A stretch of DNA of 62,992 nt, filler included, from Sphacelaria rigidula (GCA_964200075.2; 5 parts of 5 records of this genome joined end to end with filler, not necessarily neighbours in it); one strand, 5' to 3'; positions 1 through 13,189 are shown, counted from the whole stretch's first letter. A program made the numbers and translations. The notes: generated by a model not told the origin, from the letters alone.

Positions 1-54
1 GCTCTCCCCCACACAACAGGGCGGGGGGGGGATGGTGGGGGGGGGGGGGGGGGG

Positions 55-128
55 GGGGGCGTACTCATCAGTTGCTTGCCTTAGTCGTTTGACTGTTGAA
101 CACGCATCCCTTTCGAGACGGAGCACCG
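55..128 (+). repeat. Dispersed G-run-headed repeat family (copy)
   Basis: GGGGCGTACTCAT..GTTGCTTGCC..AGTCGTTTG..ACGCATCCCTTTCGAGA.GGAGCA matches 50560-50635 and is related to 1828-1925, 37690-37758, 37859-37930 (-) and 50476-50540. Confidence 0.75.
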
Positions 129-224
129 TTTATACTCCTAATAGAGTCACCTCCAACATTTCAACGCTCAATACGTTTATTCCGTATATATATTTATATA
201 TATATTTTTTTTGGGGGGGGGTAT

Positions 225-1799
225 CATAGCTACCCAATCATTGGTATTTTCACCCGCGCCTGAGAGGTGGACGCGATTTTTTTCAGGATGTGTACGGACG
301 AAAATCCGCTTCGCGGTGCGGATTAGTTTTCCACACCTAACAGAGCGGAGCGGATATCCGAATGTGCGAAAAATTACGGGTTATGACGGATTGGATACGC
401 GCAATTGTACATGGTACGGATTATTGCGGAGCGGATATCCGGCCTCGATCATGTCACGGAGCGGAGCGGATTTTTCGAATATGGTACGGGGCGGAGCGGA
501 GCGGATATCCGCTGGTGAAAAAAATCACGGATTGTCACGGGGCGGATATCCGCTCGCTACATAAGCACGGATCATTGCGGAGCGGATATCCGTCGCATGG
601 ATTTTTTCACGGAGCGGATTGTCCCCCTTGGTGGAACAAACCGCACAAACCGCGGCATTTCCCCACGGTACACCATAGCAATAATCCATTAATATTGAAG
701 AGTTATCCGCGAAAATTGTATGGATACCCGCGGATAAATACCAAGAAGTTCGAAAGGAGTAGTTTTGCTGGGACTTCCGGATGTTGGACAGGGGGTACAG
801 CGGGTAAAATGCGCCACATATACCGTCGCGTCCCTTGTCGAACTTATGGAAGTATAGTTACACCCCTGAGATCACCCCAGCACCAGCGTCCACCGCCATA
901 TTGACCACCGAACGTCGAACGCTTTCTACTGTCTTGGCGGGAGGTGTGGGGGTGCGCACAGCAGAATCGGAAGAGTTCTCACGTGAAGGAGAAGGAGGAG
1001 GAGAGTCAGAACTGCGTGTGAAGGTGGGCACTTCCACCTCAGCCTCTGAAGCGGGAGATTGCTCGGCACTGCGTTCAGTATTGAAATCCATGGCATCACC
1101 CATCCGAGGTCCGCGCAGCGCCGCCGTGTTTAAATAACGCTTTCCAGTTTGAGGCGCACGTGTGTGTGTGTGTGTGTTGTGCGAATTGCAGTTTGCTTGA
1201 TTAGCAGCAGAATTTCATAACCGCGTCGGTGACTTGCTTATCCAGAACAATATTTCCTATGCTTTGAATTCCAAGTTACCCGGCATTCGGGAAAATTTCG
1301 TCCATGGAAAGCCGTGGCTTTTCAGCGGTTCGATCCGTAAGATATGCTACGGGGAGCCCACGGATGAGCTACGGCGTGGATAGAACCGCTCCGTAGAAAA
1401 ACCGCGTTTCACGGTTCCAACCGCGCAGCTGTAATCCATACGGAGCGGAGTGGATTTTTTTCTATTGTAACGGAGCGGATATCCATACATCGCAAAACTC
1501 ACGGATTATTACGGAGCGAATATACGGCATTGATTGTGTCACGGAGCGGAGCGGATATCCGTTTGTGAGCAAAGTCACGGATTGTCACGGAGCGGATACC
1601 CGCCCCCTACAAATGCCACGCAGCGGTGCGGTTTGACAAACCGCACCGCAATATTCCGCTCCACGGGTTTATTCTTGATCCATGCACATCCCCGTTCTTT
1701 TTCACGTGTTATCGAATAAGGACGGGGTTCACATTTTGACACGCTAAGCGCCAAGAACGGGGCGTACTGTATCAACCCGACCCAACTTGCGTAGCGATG
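225..1799. mobile_element. Non-autonomous hAT-like DNA transposon with subterminal repeat arrays and a transposase N-terminal relic
   Basis: Imperfect 13-bp TIR: CATAGCTACCCAA (225) and TTGCGTAGCGATG (ends 1799), 2 mismatches. About 12 copies of CGGAGCGGATATCC(G) in two clusters (~340-620 and ~1440-1600). Internal minus-strand ORF 858-1103 runs into SGV*LYFHKFDKGRDGIC, resembling a BED-finger start. No TSD found. Confidence 0.55.
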
Positions 1800-1827
1800 C
1801 TGCTCGAGAAGGAACCACTGGGGGGAG

Positions 1828-1925
1828 GGGGGGATACGCATGATCATGAAACACAGTCATGGGACCATTGACCTCGTATCCATACGAAGCCGGGACGGAG
1901 CACGCCGGGTTATCGCCGCACCAGG
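1828..1925 (+). repeat. Dispersed G-run-headed repeat family (copy)
   Basis: CATGATCATG..AGTCAT..GACCATTGACCTCG.ATCC.TAC.AAGCC is shared with 37690-37758, and its continuation GGGACGGAGCACGCCGGG with 50476-50540. Confidence 0.75.
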
Positions 1926-2243
1926 TTTGCACTCAATCACCAAACGCTAAGTGTGTCTCCAGGGGGTAGGGGCGGGGAGGGGGGCATTGTACCTCTGCCG
2001 CTGCAGCGTGGAAACTATCTGTGTAAAACGTCACGATTCGACATGCACGGCACACATCACACAGTTTGAAAGCAATACTTGCTGCGGTCAACACGCCGGC
2101 ACACGGTGGATCACTTTCCGAGAGTATTCAAGACACATGACATCCGTTTGGGTCGTGGACACATTCCCGTAAGATGTGCACGGCTTCAACGGCAATGTTT
2201 ACCTCGGGAAAAATCTCAGCGTTTCAATCGGACCGTATCTTAC

Positions 2244-5200
2244 CTGGTGCCACGAGACGAGAAAATGCTGCTTCCTCGAGGTCCCTCACCGTGACCGTCT
2301 TGACTGATAAATCCAGAGTCCCGCGGCGCTTGGCGGATCGCTTGTACGATAGCTCAAGACCCTCGGCCTCGGCTGATAGTCCACTTTTCCCATCTCGAAC
2401 ATCTGCGGTAACCACACGACGGGGGCCGATAGAAGTGAAAGCAGGCAAGACGCCGAGAAAGTTTGTGCTATATGGTGCAAGGGCGTCGTCGACTGCAGCA
2501 GCACGAGGGTCAAGGGAGTGTGTTGATACACAACAGTGGGGCATTTTCGGCGACACAGTGAGCGGATCATCAGCATCCTTCCTTCGGAGATGATATCCCA
2601 CCTCTCGAGGCTGATGCGCTATCGACATGACCACCATCACATGCCAACGCCGGATCTTCAGGCGGCAACAAATCTGCCACAATCCCAGAAATCTCCAAGG
2701 TAACCTCCATGGCTGTGCCGAGACCGTCGTCGCCATAGCGGAAAGCAACCTCGGCAGTGGGATCCACAGAAAATTCTGGGAAGGTTCTCGCAGCGCACGG
2801 GAGGCAGACGAGACACACAGCTGGTGCGGAGGACGGCTGGTTTACGGTCATTTCGGCCCTGGACGGTGTCCTGGCTTCGCGAGGATATGGCAGGTCGGTG
2901 ACCAGGGTGGAGACCTTCAAGGTGGAGGTGAAGAAACAAAGAAAACGCCACAAAAAGACGAAGGGAAAGCATGAGCTGCCACTGTAGCACCGAGCAAAGG
3001 GATGCTAGCACAATCGGAACCTCTTGGTGCGAGGGAGCGCGAGCGACAGTCAGCGGAGAAGTGTGACATCTTCCCAAAGCGCACGGGTTCATCGTTGTGA
3101 GTCAACCCATCAAAACGAAGATTGATGGCCTTTGAACTTCAAACGCCTCACATTTACATTGAAAACTGCACGATATTTCCCGTCTCGGAAACGTCTGCAC
3201 TCATGTGCAACACGGTTTTAGACCAGTCCACAGCACGCACACTATCTAGTACCTAAAATGGTACTCTTTATGTGAAATGTTTCATTACGCCATGCTGTGC
3301 CGCGGCCGGTGTGCGCAAGATGGGGCGGGCAACGCTTATCACGAAGTCCTATAATATGGCCAACGATATTTCTTGCAACTCTTGCAAGTATTGAGGTACC
3401 AATCACAATCGCGCGCAACGGTATATCTCTGCAAACGCGACAGTCATCGGGAGAGATCGGTTGTGTCTGGGGGGAAGGGTGACGTGGGCCATAGGAAAGG
3501 CGAGGTATTTGTGCACGTTACAGCACTTTTGACCGGGCAGTAAAGTGTACACGACGACGATTACGGGTCCCCTGAGAGAAGCACCCGCCATACAAAATAG
3601 CGTGTGCCGGCTAGTTCTCATTTTCATCCTCAAGTGTTGCTCTTCCTCAAAACGCCATGAACAACAAGAACAACAAGCAAGAGCAATTGAAGAAAAAGAA
3701 GAAAAAGAGAAAAAAAAAGAGGACCGAGGCGTTTTGATGTAAAAACATCACCAACCGTGAAACAACCGTGCGCCCCGGAATACGTCCTGGATATGTGCTT
3801 GCCTGAAAGCATGAAAACGTCTGCATCAGAATTCATCGCAAGACTCGACACTGAACAACATCTTCGATGTTCAACTTCTGCGAGAACGGGGATGGACGCC
3901 TCAAGCCCTGAATGCTCGATTCCCAAGCTACCCTACCTTGGCATCGAGGCCTGGTCAACACTAGTATTCGCAAACCCTTCCACCTCGACCCTCCTCGCTG
4001 CAGTCGGCCTGGCGGTAATTCCACAGCGATAAATCAACAAACTAAGCCCTTCCTTCCGACCGGCTCCGACCCCGCCGATCTTACCTGAGTGTGCAGGCAC
4101 TTACGGCAGACTGCATCCCCACACCACGCACAGCGGTGCCTCGCCACAAGGTCTGCCTCGAACGGCTGACCGCAGGACTCACACGCAAAAGCTGCGTCTG
4201 CCGCATAGACCGCAGTGTCCAAGCTGGATGACCCCGCGTTGCTGCTTGCTGCGCTGTTTTTCCGCAACCCCGCCACCAGAGCAATATCGGCAGGAGCAGA
4301 GCTAGCACCCCTCGAGCTTGCCGCTCTTGCTGTGGTATCCGGTCGGCAAATTGACAATGCCCATGAAAAGGCAGCAAATAAATTCAGAGGCCAAGAGGGG
4401 AAACAGAGCACGTCCAAGCATTTCGGATGAAAATCATGCGGAACAGGGAAAATAGTGGTTTCTTCTCTTAGCATCTGATGAGACAGGGCTGCCTCGGCGA
4501 TACTTGCTGCTACTGTATCAGATTAGCCTATCAAGCCCTGGACGCGTTGGGGAAGTAGACGGGATACGAGCGTCGTCGGGAGGTAGGCCGTCGTACACCT
4601 ATACAGTCAGATAGGACTTGCACCCCGGAAATATGAAGATAATTGGCGAGGACTGGTTCGACGTTGACGATGGTGGCGCAATAACCACTCAAACCCATTG
4701 TTTGTAGCGGACAAGCTGTCTTTTTGCCCTCAAGATACGTGCTACTGCCAAGCTTTCCACGCGACCCGCACTCTCAAGCAACAGACAGTATATTGACCGG
4801 AGGTCGGATAGAAGCGATTGTGAACCGGTGAGAAGAACCAACGATCATACTGAACCATCACCTACAACCGGAATAAAAATATATCACGTCCCGTGCAAGA
4901 TTCGCCACCATCGTCGGTAGCGGAAAACCCTTGAAAATTGGTCGAACAGCGATATTTTTACCTTCAGGCATGCCGACGGCATTGCTGGTACTATGAGGCA
5001 CGTAGTCGCCATCATGGTCTTCGTAGTCACCCGCGCAACGGCTCGAAATATCCAACGGGATATTCTCGGAACAATTTCCGACGAATCCCGCAGCGAGAAT
5101 ATTTTTTCGTATGCCACCCGCAAGAGCACTCCTGGCGCCTGGCGGCATGCGTAGCTGCAGCCGCGGCAACGATATCCGTATCAACATAATCCGCTCTTTC

Positions 5201-8200
5201 ACCACTGCCGCCACTCCGTGCATCCCGCTGTCGCCGCCTCCTGCCGATTGACCACGATCTTCGTGACCGGTACAGTCACTCGCCGTCGCCGCCCCTGCTC
5301 CCGGCGCGGACGCCGTCGTTGCATCCCGCCTTACGGAAACGCCGCCCCCTCCACGAATTTCTTCACGTTGAACTTCGATCCCTTCAGTACTATCCTCGCC
5401 CCACGTCTTCGCCCATCCGGGTGACAACGTAGAAGCAGCAGGAGAAGCTGCTGCTGCTGCTGCTGCACCATCATCATCACCACTACTAAAAGTGGTAGTC
5501 GCGGCGGCTGGGCTAGCTGCCATATCCGTTGGTTGTAGGATCGTAATCGCTGCGGTAATGTCCGCCAGAGGGCCTGTTAAGAGGGAGTAATACGTTGTGG
5601 TCTCACCGCCCCTTGAAAACGCCTCCCCTGAGTTCCCCGTGTCGTCAGCTTCTACAATCCCGGGATCACCTTCCACTGAATGATCCGTACGACGGCCGGC
5701 ATCCATCTCCGTGGAAGACGATGAAAATGACGGTGACAACAGCTTTTCGGGTAAGCTTAGGGCTCCGTCTACTCTCGGCGAGCCGGAGGGAGTCGTGGTA
5801 ACGTCCGTGTCCTGAACCATGGACACGCGTCCCCAAGCAATGTCGGTCTCGAGGGCCTCGACGATCATATGGCGAGCGGCGGGGAGACCAGGCGAGCAAT
5901 CTTCGATCTTAGGGGGAGCCGCGCTGGAGGGAAAACAAGGGACGCGACCCGACGAGGCGATGATTCGTGAGTATAGGTGTCTCTAGAATTGTAGACATAT
6001 ACAGCACCAACGATTATTCCGACTATCCGGCCAATCACAAGAAAAGAACTTTCCATTTGAATATGCGACGCAATGTGAGGGAAACCCCCCCGCGCAAAAC
6101 GGAAGAATAAAATAAAAAAAACAGTAACTCAACATACGGCGAAGCTGTGAAGCATATCTCAGTAATGGCGCAAGGCCCCAATATCCGATTCGGCACAGGC
6201 CGGAGGTGATCTAAATCCAACGGTTGTAGATGCTAGACGCAGCCAGATCTTCATAGAGAACTAGAGTTACATCATTCTAGTGCGCTACTGGACTCGGAGG
6301 GAGGGTGTGCCTTGTTTCACGAGGTGAGCGAGAGTCAACCGCAAGTCAGAGAAATCGGACTGCTGTGGTACCTGAAATAAGGAGAGATCGATTGGCTTGT
6401 CGGGACACCACCCCGTACCCCATAAAACGGGGATAGGAAAGTAACAGACCACTTAACGAGTTCTCTTTTGTATTGGCATACGATCCCTTCCGTAGCCGCA
6501 TTTGTTGCCTTCAGCCATCATGTTCATCTCTGGCCAATCTGGGGATAGTCTGCTAACGGGATAAAAACTTATGCAAGCGCAGAAAAGGGAGATGTGACGT
6601 CCCTTGATGATGCTGGCCTTGTGGGAATGCAATATATTCTTATTGTATACTTGAGTCCCGGCAACTTGAACAGCGTTCTCGCCCCCCCGAAAAGAAATGT
6701 ATACCCCCGGCACGTCTCAGAGCATTATTCATCGCCTCAGTGGGCAGTCTAGAACAAATTTTCGGTTCGCTCAGATTTCGGAGTTTCGGAATTTCCACTT
6801 GCCACAAAACGTCCAGTGGGCACGAACGAGTGATGTGTCTGTCTGTGATACTTCGAAAAATCCAACTGCAAAAGCCAAATTTGAACACGATGTTGAGTGA
6901 CGATGCGCAACAATCAGGAGCCTGGCGGATGGGAAAAGTAAGCCACTACCATAGACTATTTTCAGTGAATTCATGCATAGTGCTATTGAAAACGTGTCAC
7001 AGTGAATGCTTGTCTCGGAGCCGAGCACGCGGTGAAATATACCCGGAATACAAGCACCCAAAAACGAATTTCTGAGAAAAAAAACTCTCGAAAACATCGC
7101 TCTTTTGTAGCGATCTGAACAGAACAGAACAGACAAACACCGAGTCAAAGGCATCACGGCAAGCAACGCCACATGGCCGAAACCTCGTAGGGCACACCAC
7201 CAGAACCTCTTCTCCGTCTCTCACCGGTCGTCCACTCCTCCAGTCCACGTACCGAACCTCAAGCAGGAGGTGGGACGAAGCCCTATATGATCCGGGTCCG
7301 TCAGTGCCCCCGGCAACACCACTGTGGGCGAAGCCAGAGTCACCCGAATCTCCGAAGTGCTTCGACCTTCCCGGACACCTTCGCCGCCATCATGTTCATT
7401 GGTCGAGTTATCCAGAGAGCCCTGCTGATCGACTGAGTTATCCCGAGACCCCCGGGTGTAGCCCGCTTGTTGGCTATTGATGCGGATGTCGCCGTAGTTC
7501 TCACGATCGGCGGTGTTAGTCATGGGGCTACTCCCGACCGTACGGTTCCCTCCGATCGTAGTGCTACACGCCGGGATGCCTTGTCGAGCTCGCTCTTCCC
7601 TTGCGGAGACCCCCCCGCCCCATATCACGGTGTTGAGAATGCCTGTCCACAGGTAATCGATGACCTCCAACCACAGCGGTTGCAGGTACACCACCCTTGC
7701 TTCCGATATGGACAATGACAGCACCTTCGGGAACCATGGTTGTTGAGGGGACCACAACAAATGTACGAGGGAAGAGGCGGACAGACAATTTGCAATTACT
7801 TCGGGCGTATGAAGACGCTCGGGTAGCTACCAATTTCTGCGTGGGCCATGCGGTAGTGTAAATGAGTGGGAAACAGCTCTTCTATACTGGATCACATCCA
7901 AAACGACCTGCTCTGAAAAGCACCGAGCAGTCGAGGCTGTATCGATGCGAACTCCGTGACATCTCGCACTATATTTTTTCCTGTACTGGCCATTCTCCAC
8001 GTATTCCCAACACGTTATCACGATGGAACCTGAGACATGAATCCACTGACGAACAAAATATCGACCGCAGTAGGAGAGTCACCCCGCCGGTCGCTGATCA
8101 GTAGAAACGAAACTTCTTCCGTGTTTTCACCTGGAAGCGGATATGTTAAATCAGTCAGATGGTGTCTTATTCATTGTCATGTGCCCACGTGTGGATGCTT

Positions 8201-11200
8201 ACATATGGGGAAAAAAAAAACTCAGTAGTGCCTGTCGAGACCTCAGAAACGTTTCACACACATGTGTAGAGGGAGGATAAAACTGATATGGAAGAAAACA
8301 AAAACAGCGCCATACCAGCTTCAAATAGGGAAATAAACTCTGCAAATGCCCACTACGGACCGGCGAGTGAATGATGCGGCCAGGGTCAACCGCTCCTAGG
8401 GAGAGGAGGGGAGGGTACATATTCTAGGAGATACTGACTACTTCCACTTTTTCGCGACAACAACAGTGAGTTATCCAAGCCAACCAAACACAAAGACAGT
8501 TTCAAAGTGGAATATACACAAGGAAGTGAAGCCGACAATATTCAGGCTTTGCTTTCTCGTGGTTAAAGCGCAATACGACTCCCTCCTTCGCTTATAGATG
8601 GATGCTCATGATCCAAGGGAGAGATCTACACCGGAGTGAAGGGTGGGAACCTAACCTCACTCCGTATAACGCGAAACAGCTGATACATTGATTTGATTGA
8701 TTGATCGCCGCACTTGAACTGACCCCCCAGGTAGTCATGATCCAGCCGTGGTCATATGATAGACGCACACGAGACAGAAAAAAACTGAAACACTCGCTGA
8801 AGAAAAAGAAGGAGCGGGAAAAAGTCGAACAGAACGACATAGTAGACGAAGAGGTGGAAAAAATATACACTTCCTCTGTCCCATAAGTCTGGGAACTTAC
8901 GGGCATTTTATCGTTTGGGTGTTGAAACTTTGACGACCATCCTATAGTTGGGTTCGTTAGAAAGAAAAATTGCAAACGAAGAAAATAAAAAAAAAAAAGA
9001 AGAGTTAATTATCTACACTAAAATAGTGTCGAAATATACCCATTCTGACCCTTTTTGATCAATTTATACCCCATCATTGATCGATTTTGGACGTGTCCAC
9101 GTCGAGTACTAGCAACTGCATGCTAACAAAATGTTGGGCGGGGCGTGCGTAGGTTAACGTCATGGGCATGTCCAGAATCGAAGGTGGTTTCGCGATTCCC
9201 ACGGTTTCTGGCCCATTTTTCGCCATTTTTCGTGTTCCCGGGTCGCTCGTGCTTTCCTGGGAAAACGAGCAAAAAATGGCTGTTTTTGGACCGACCTACT
9301 TTTTCTCGGCCGCGCGGCTGCATGGGTCCAGCACGCACGTTGTAGAAACAGTGTTAGTTTAAGCTAAAAAGACGCCGACGAATGCGGTAAAAAAATCCAA
9401 AATCAAATATCACACCGTTAAGGGCTCGTGCAACCATAACTTCCCAGACTTATGGGACAGAGGAAGTATATAAATACAAAGTCAAGAAAAGCAAAGCGCA
9501 GAGAAATGCCGTGGTTGTGTACAATAAAATAGAGGAATATGACGAAAAAGAAAAGAGCGAAAAAAACACGGGGCTCAGAAAAGTGTATTCCAACCTTTTC
9601 GAGACGTTTTTCGCCCGGTAAGAGGGTTAGGCGACTTCTGCCACTTCGGGTCGACTTGCTCTACGATCCAATGAGCAAACTTTCTCGTTTTCCGGCACAC
9701 GCAGTCTGACCTCGGAGCGATGTTTGCCTCTGCTCACAAGCGAAAGAAGCCGCGTACGCGGGAATGTAACAAAGAGATCAGACTTCCTCTGAACTTTGAC
9801 CTTTTGTCCCAATATTACTGATCTAGCTCGAGTCTTGTGGGAAAGCAAGGTCTTGGGCGCACCAGGCCTCTTTTCGGAACAAAATCGCAAGTTGATTTTG
9901 TAATGCCGGTAACCCCGACGCCACAACTCAGCTGCAAGCACCACCCCCCTGACGACAACAACGTGCCGAGTATGACGTGGTCTCCATCATCCCTCACAAG
10001 CGTAGTTTGTTCGATCAGAGCAGCTAAAATTCAGCAAGTTTCGACTGGTCCACCTGGGGCATACCGGACCGGGTCGGCGTCCAAGAGGTCAAACTACAAG
10101 CACGAGGAAAGGCAAAGGTGCCCCCGCGGAACCCTCCCTCACGTGTTTGAAAAATAATATCCGATGCGTCCGAATCTGCCTGACCCCTTTCTCAGCGAGA
10201 GAAAAACGGCAAGGAAGGACCAGAACGACAATTTTCCGAGACACTCATGCAACGATCTCAAGGAGCTGCCACGACTCTCTGACGATGCCCCGCCTTCCAT
10301 TAACGAGTCAGGGACGTGTTCGGAGCAGGTGAACCGAAGCTACCACGGCTCCGCAGCTGAGGTTGTCTTCTGGCTTCGTTTTTTGTGAATCAGACTGATA
10401 TAACCATTCCCTACGAGAACTCTGGAGATCGGCGAAAATACTCAACGAGATATAGTCCTGGAATCCATTTTCGGCGTACGGCTTCGACGCCGAAAGCTGA
10501 ACAACAGGCGAACTTGGCTGGCTTCTGCAACGATCCGCCCTTACCCTTAAATTCATCATTCTGTGGATAGCTCATCAAATGTATCACTTACAGCATTTCT
10601 CAGACCAATAGTGCGCTTTCAGTTTTACCATTGAGCACGCCATCGTCGCGACCTCCCGCGAAAATTCGGAATGTTCGGATGCTGCGAATGCCAGTAATCA
10701 GCCGAAAATTCCAGTATTTGTTTTCAGAATAACTCATCGGATATGACCTGTTGTACTTTGGGCATCTTCCTGCCTACACCGTTGCGTGTTAGTAGTGCTG
10801 CCATTTTGATCCATCACTCGTTGCTGTACATTAAAGTACAGTATCGATTCCTCCCCGCCGAAGCACGTCATGCCTCTGCCGCGGATAAATACTTCGCTCT
10901 CTGCGGCGTCATTCTACGGTTTCTCAATTCTCCTGTGATTTATGTTGTTCCAGTCAATTCCTCGGTATTGAGACGTCAATTTCGGAAACGGTGGGTCCTC
11001 AGAATCTCGATATTGAACACGCTATCGGCCTGGAACCCTAGAATGCTCGGATTGAAGAAGATATGAAAATTCTCTTGAAGGAATATGCTTGCTAGGCATG
11101 GATGAATTGTTGTTCTTCTTCGCTGTTGGTAAAGTTCGATTCCACTCAAAGTCAACTTGCGCCAAAGTATGTTCAACAACCGGTCTCCAAGTCATGCTAG

Positions 11201-12296
11201 ATGCCGAAATGATTTAGTTCAATACGTTTCCCTCTACGTTGCATGAATAAAAATACAGAGGGAAAAATACAACAGCGCAGGAGCAAGTTACGCCAAATAA
11301 CCAAGCGAGTGCAAAAAAACAGGGAAAGGACTTCACCCACCGATGACTCCAAACACGGTGACGACACACCAGCAGCCGATGCGACAGAATTCTCCCACTC
11401 CTTCTCCTTCGAATATCGAAAGTCTAGGCGGACCGGAGAATCGCCGGTCGTCACCGGTCCGACCAAAAGAGAGTACAGTACATTGGAGTGACGAGGATCC
11501 CTAGCCTTCAGTCCATTCACGCTTCCTTGCCAAACCACAGCTGTGTCTGTTGCGCATCACGGAGGGAGGGGTGGAATAATATCGGTAAAAAGTAGCTGTG
11601 CCCAGGGTGCTTCAAGAAGGTATCTATATCCATCTATCCTATATGCGGAAGAGGGTGAAATTGGGAGGAGGGGGGGAGAGGGGGAGAGGCGCGCGCAGGG
11701 AGATGAGACGAGCGTATCAGACATATTCGAAACGTGCCCAGCAGCACTACTGAAGAACCACGTATATGTCGGAAAACACCCAATCGAGCACCACGAGCCA
11801 TGCAGCCTCATCATGCCAGAATAAAGGGGTTGGGCGACTGTTTATTTGGCTGTTCCTCGGCCCAACATGTTGAACTCGTGGGCAGTCCCCTTAACGCACT
11901 TCCATACATCAAGCGCAACCCCTGCATGACTATCATTTATGGACCCAGCTTCCGGCTTGGCACTATGGCAGCTACGCCCCCGACTTTGAGACTGACGTCG
12001 CCTGCATCCTCTCAAGAAACACTTTCTAGATGCCAAGCCCCCGGAAGCATCAGGGGCAAACACCACGAACCAAAAGCTGCGCCGTGAATCACTGCAGCAC
12101 GTGTCCACTGCAGCTAAAACACTGAGTATCCGGCGCATGGATCCCCGACATGGGCTGAAATATCGGGAACAAAAATTGCCCTGCTACAGCCCATACCTCT
12201 CTCGGTCTCCCTCGACGACGAGTCGATGCTTAGGTCAAGGGACTCAGCCGAGACTGCTAACAGCTGGCGCCCTTCCCGCTCTTTGTTGAACGTCAC
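2244..12296 (-). CDS. VPS13: VPS13-like bridge-like lipid transfer protein, internal fragment (7 exons, open at both ends), containing a FYVE-type zinc finger
   Basis: Phase-consistent exons (-): 12197-12296, 11341-11540, 7225-7724, 4962-5923, 4085-4329, 2602-2914, 2244-2492, all with GT donors and AG acceptors. The joined peptide has beta-groove-like segments I recognise from VPS13: VTFNKEREGRQLLAVSAESLDL; VWQGSVNGLKARDPRHSNVLYSLL; VLSLSISEARVVYLQPLWLEVIDYLWTGIL; IRVTLASPTVVLPG; LELSYKRSAKRRGTLDLSVKTVTVRDL. Family assignment is by recognition, not by database search. Confidence 0.72.
8690..8850 (-). repeat. (ATCA)n-tailed dispersed repeat, probable non-LTR/SINE 3' end
   Basis: TTGATTGATTGAT..CGCACTT.AACTGACCCCCCAGG..TCCAGCCGTGGT recurs at 39812-39960 and partly at 39420-39480 and 40517-40590. 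Confidence 0.65.
8870..9466. mobile_element. Stowaway-like (Tc1/mariner) MITE, 597 bp, in a VPS13 intron
   Basis: ~30-bp TIR CTTCCTCTGTCCCATAAGTCTGGGAA / TTCCCAGACTTATGGGACAGAGGAAG. Right flank TA, left flank CA (possibly a decayed TA TSD). The terminus resembles the Stowaway CTCCCTCCGT consensus. Confidence 0.8.
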
Positions 12297-12425
12297 CTGC
12301 CGTAGTGTTCCCAACAGGAAATGAATTACTGACGTCAACAACAACAAATAATAGAGAATCGCGTCGAAATCGTATTTGTTGAAAAACATTATCAACCCAA
12401 TTCGCTGGAATTCGCCTGAGCGATA

Positions 12426-12521
12426 CGAGCTGGGCCAGCCTAGAGGCTGCATGGACCTTTGCAGGCGCATCCGCCAGCCAATATTTGGAGTTAGATCCTG
12501 AAATTTGGTATGGATAATGCA
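12426..12521. mobile_element. End of a mariner-like MITE, truncated by the contig end
   Basis: TA followed by CGAGCTGGGCCAGC, the same TIR as 52692-53289. Adjacent sequence matches the reverse complement of that element's right end. Confidence 0.65.
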
Positions 12522-12621
12522 NNNNNNNNNNNNNNNNNNNNNNNNNNNNNNNNNNNNNNNNNNNNTTAATTAATTAANNNNNNNNNNNNNNNNNNNNNNN
12601 NNNNNNNNNNNNNNNNNNNNN
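12522..12621. other. Artificial contig linker (N44-TTAATTAATTAA-N44)
   Basis: Identical 100-nt spacer with an all-frame stop core, present 4 times in the window. Confidence 0.98.
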
Positions 12622-13189
12622 AAACCCCCTATCAACTTGGCGCAGTACACGCGCCGCCCTGCTCTCGAGAGCTTCGGCCCTAGGGTTTTCTGTTTTCTCG
12701 AGATAGAGAGTCTAGGATACCAATGAGAGTGAGAAGCGGTCAGTTAATGAAATAATCAGTTTCGATCCCGAAATACCCCGCCGGGCCTTATAAGAGGGCC
12801 GATACGCTTTCTGTAGTAGCATGTCATGGAAGCCATTGATATCTCTGAGCAAGATATCGTCGGGTAGCTTAAAGCATAAGACAATGTTGTAGGCAAACAA
12901 AAGCACAGCGGAAAAATAGTCAAGTTTGTACAGAAAAAAAGGCACTTTCAATCAACGCTAGACCCTCAACCTCACGAAAACACTGTCATTCCCGATTTTG
13001 TGCCGCAAGACGCTTGAGCGACACGAAGGGCTGCCAGGCGTATAGTGAGTATCTCGCGTTCCTAAACGTTCTGAAGGGCTGCAAGCGCTGGAGATGCCGG
13101 ACAGGTATTTGTGGTGACGTTGCATCCAAGTTGGAGGCCATGGCACGTGGGGTGAAGCAGGGTTCGTATTTGATTCAACATCCACGTCA

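Noticed and set aside
340..1600. CRISPR-like repeat/spacer appearance of the CGGAGCGGATATCCG arrays
   Set aside because: Repeats are short and degenerate with irregular, mutually similar spacers, lie inside TIRs, and there are no cas genes in this eukaryotic context.
2493..2601. Apparent frameshift in the VPS13-like gene between ORFs 2570-2953 and 2224-2748
   Set aside because: Explained by a 109-nt phase-1 GT-AG intron with a pyrimidine-rich acceptor.
9815..10559. Additional VPS13 exons
   Set aside because: Exon 11341-11540 joins 7225-7724 in phase with a coherent sequence, and these frames lack consistent splice phases. They cannot be fully excluded without RNA-seq.
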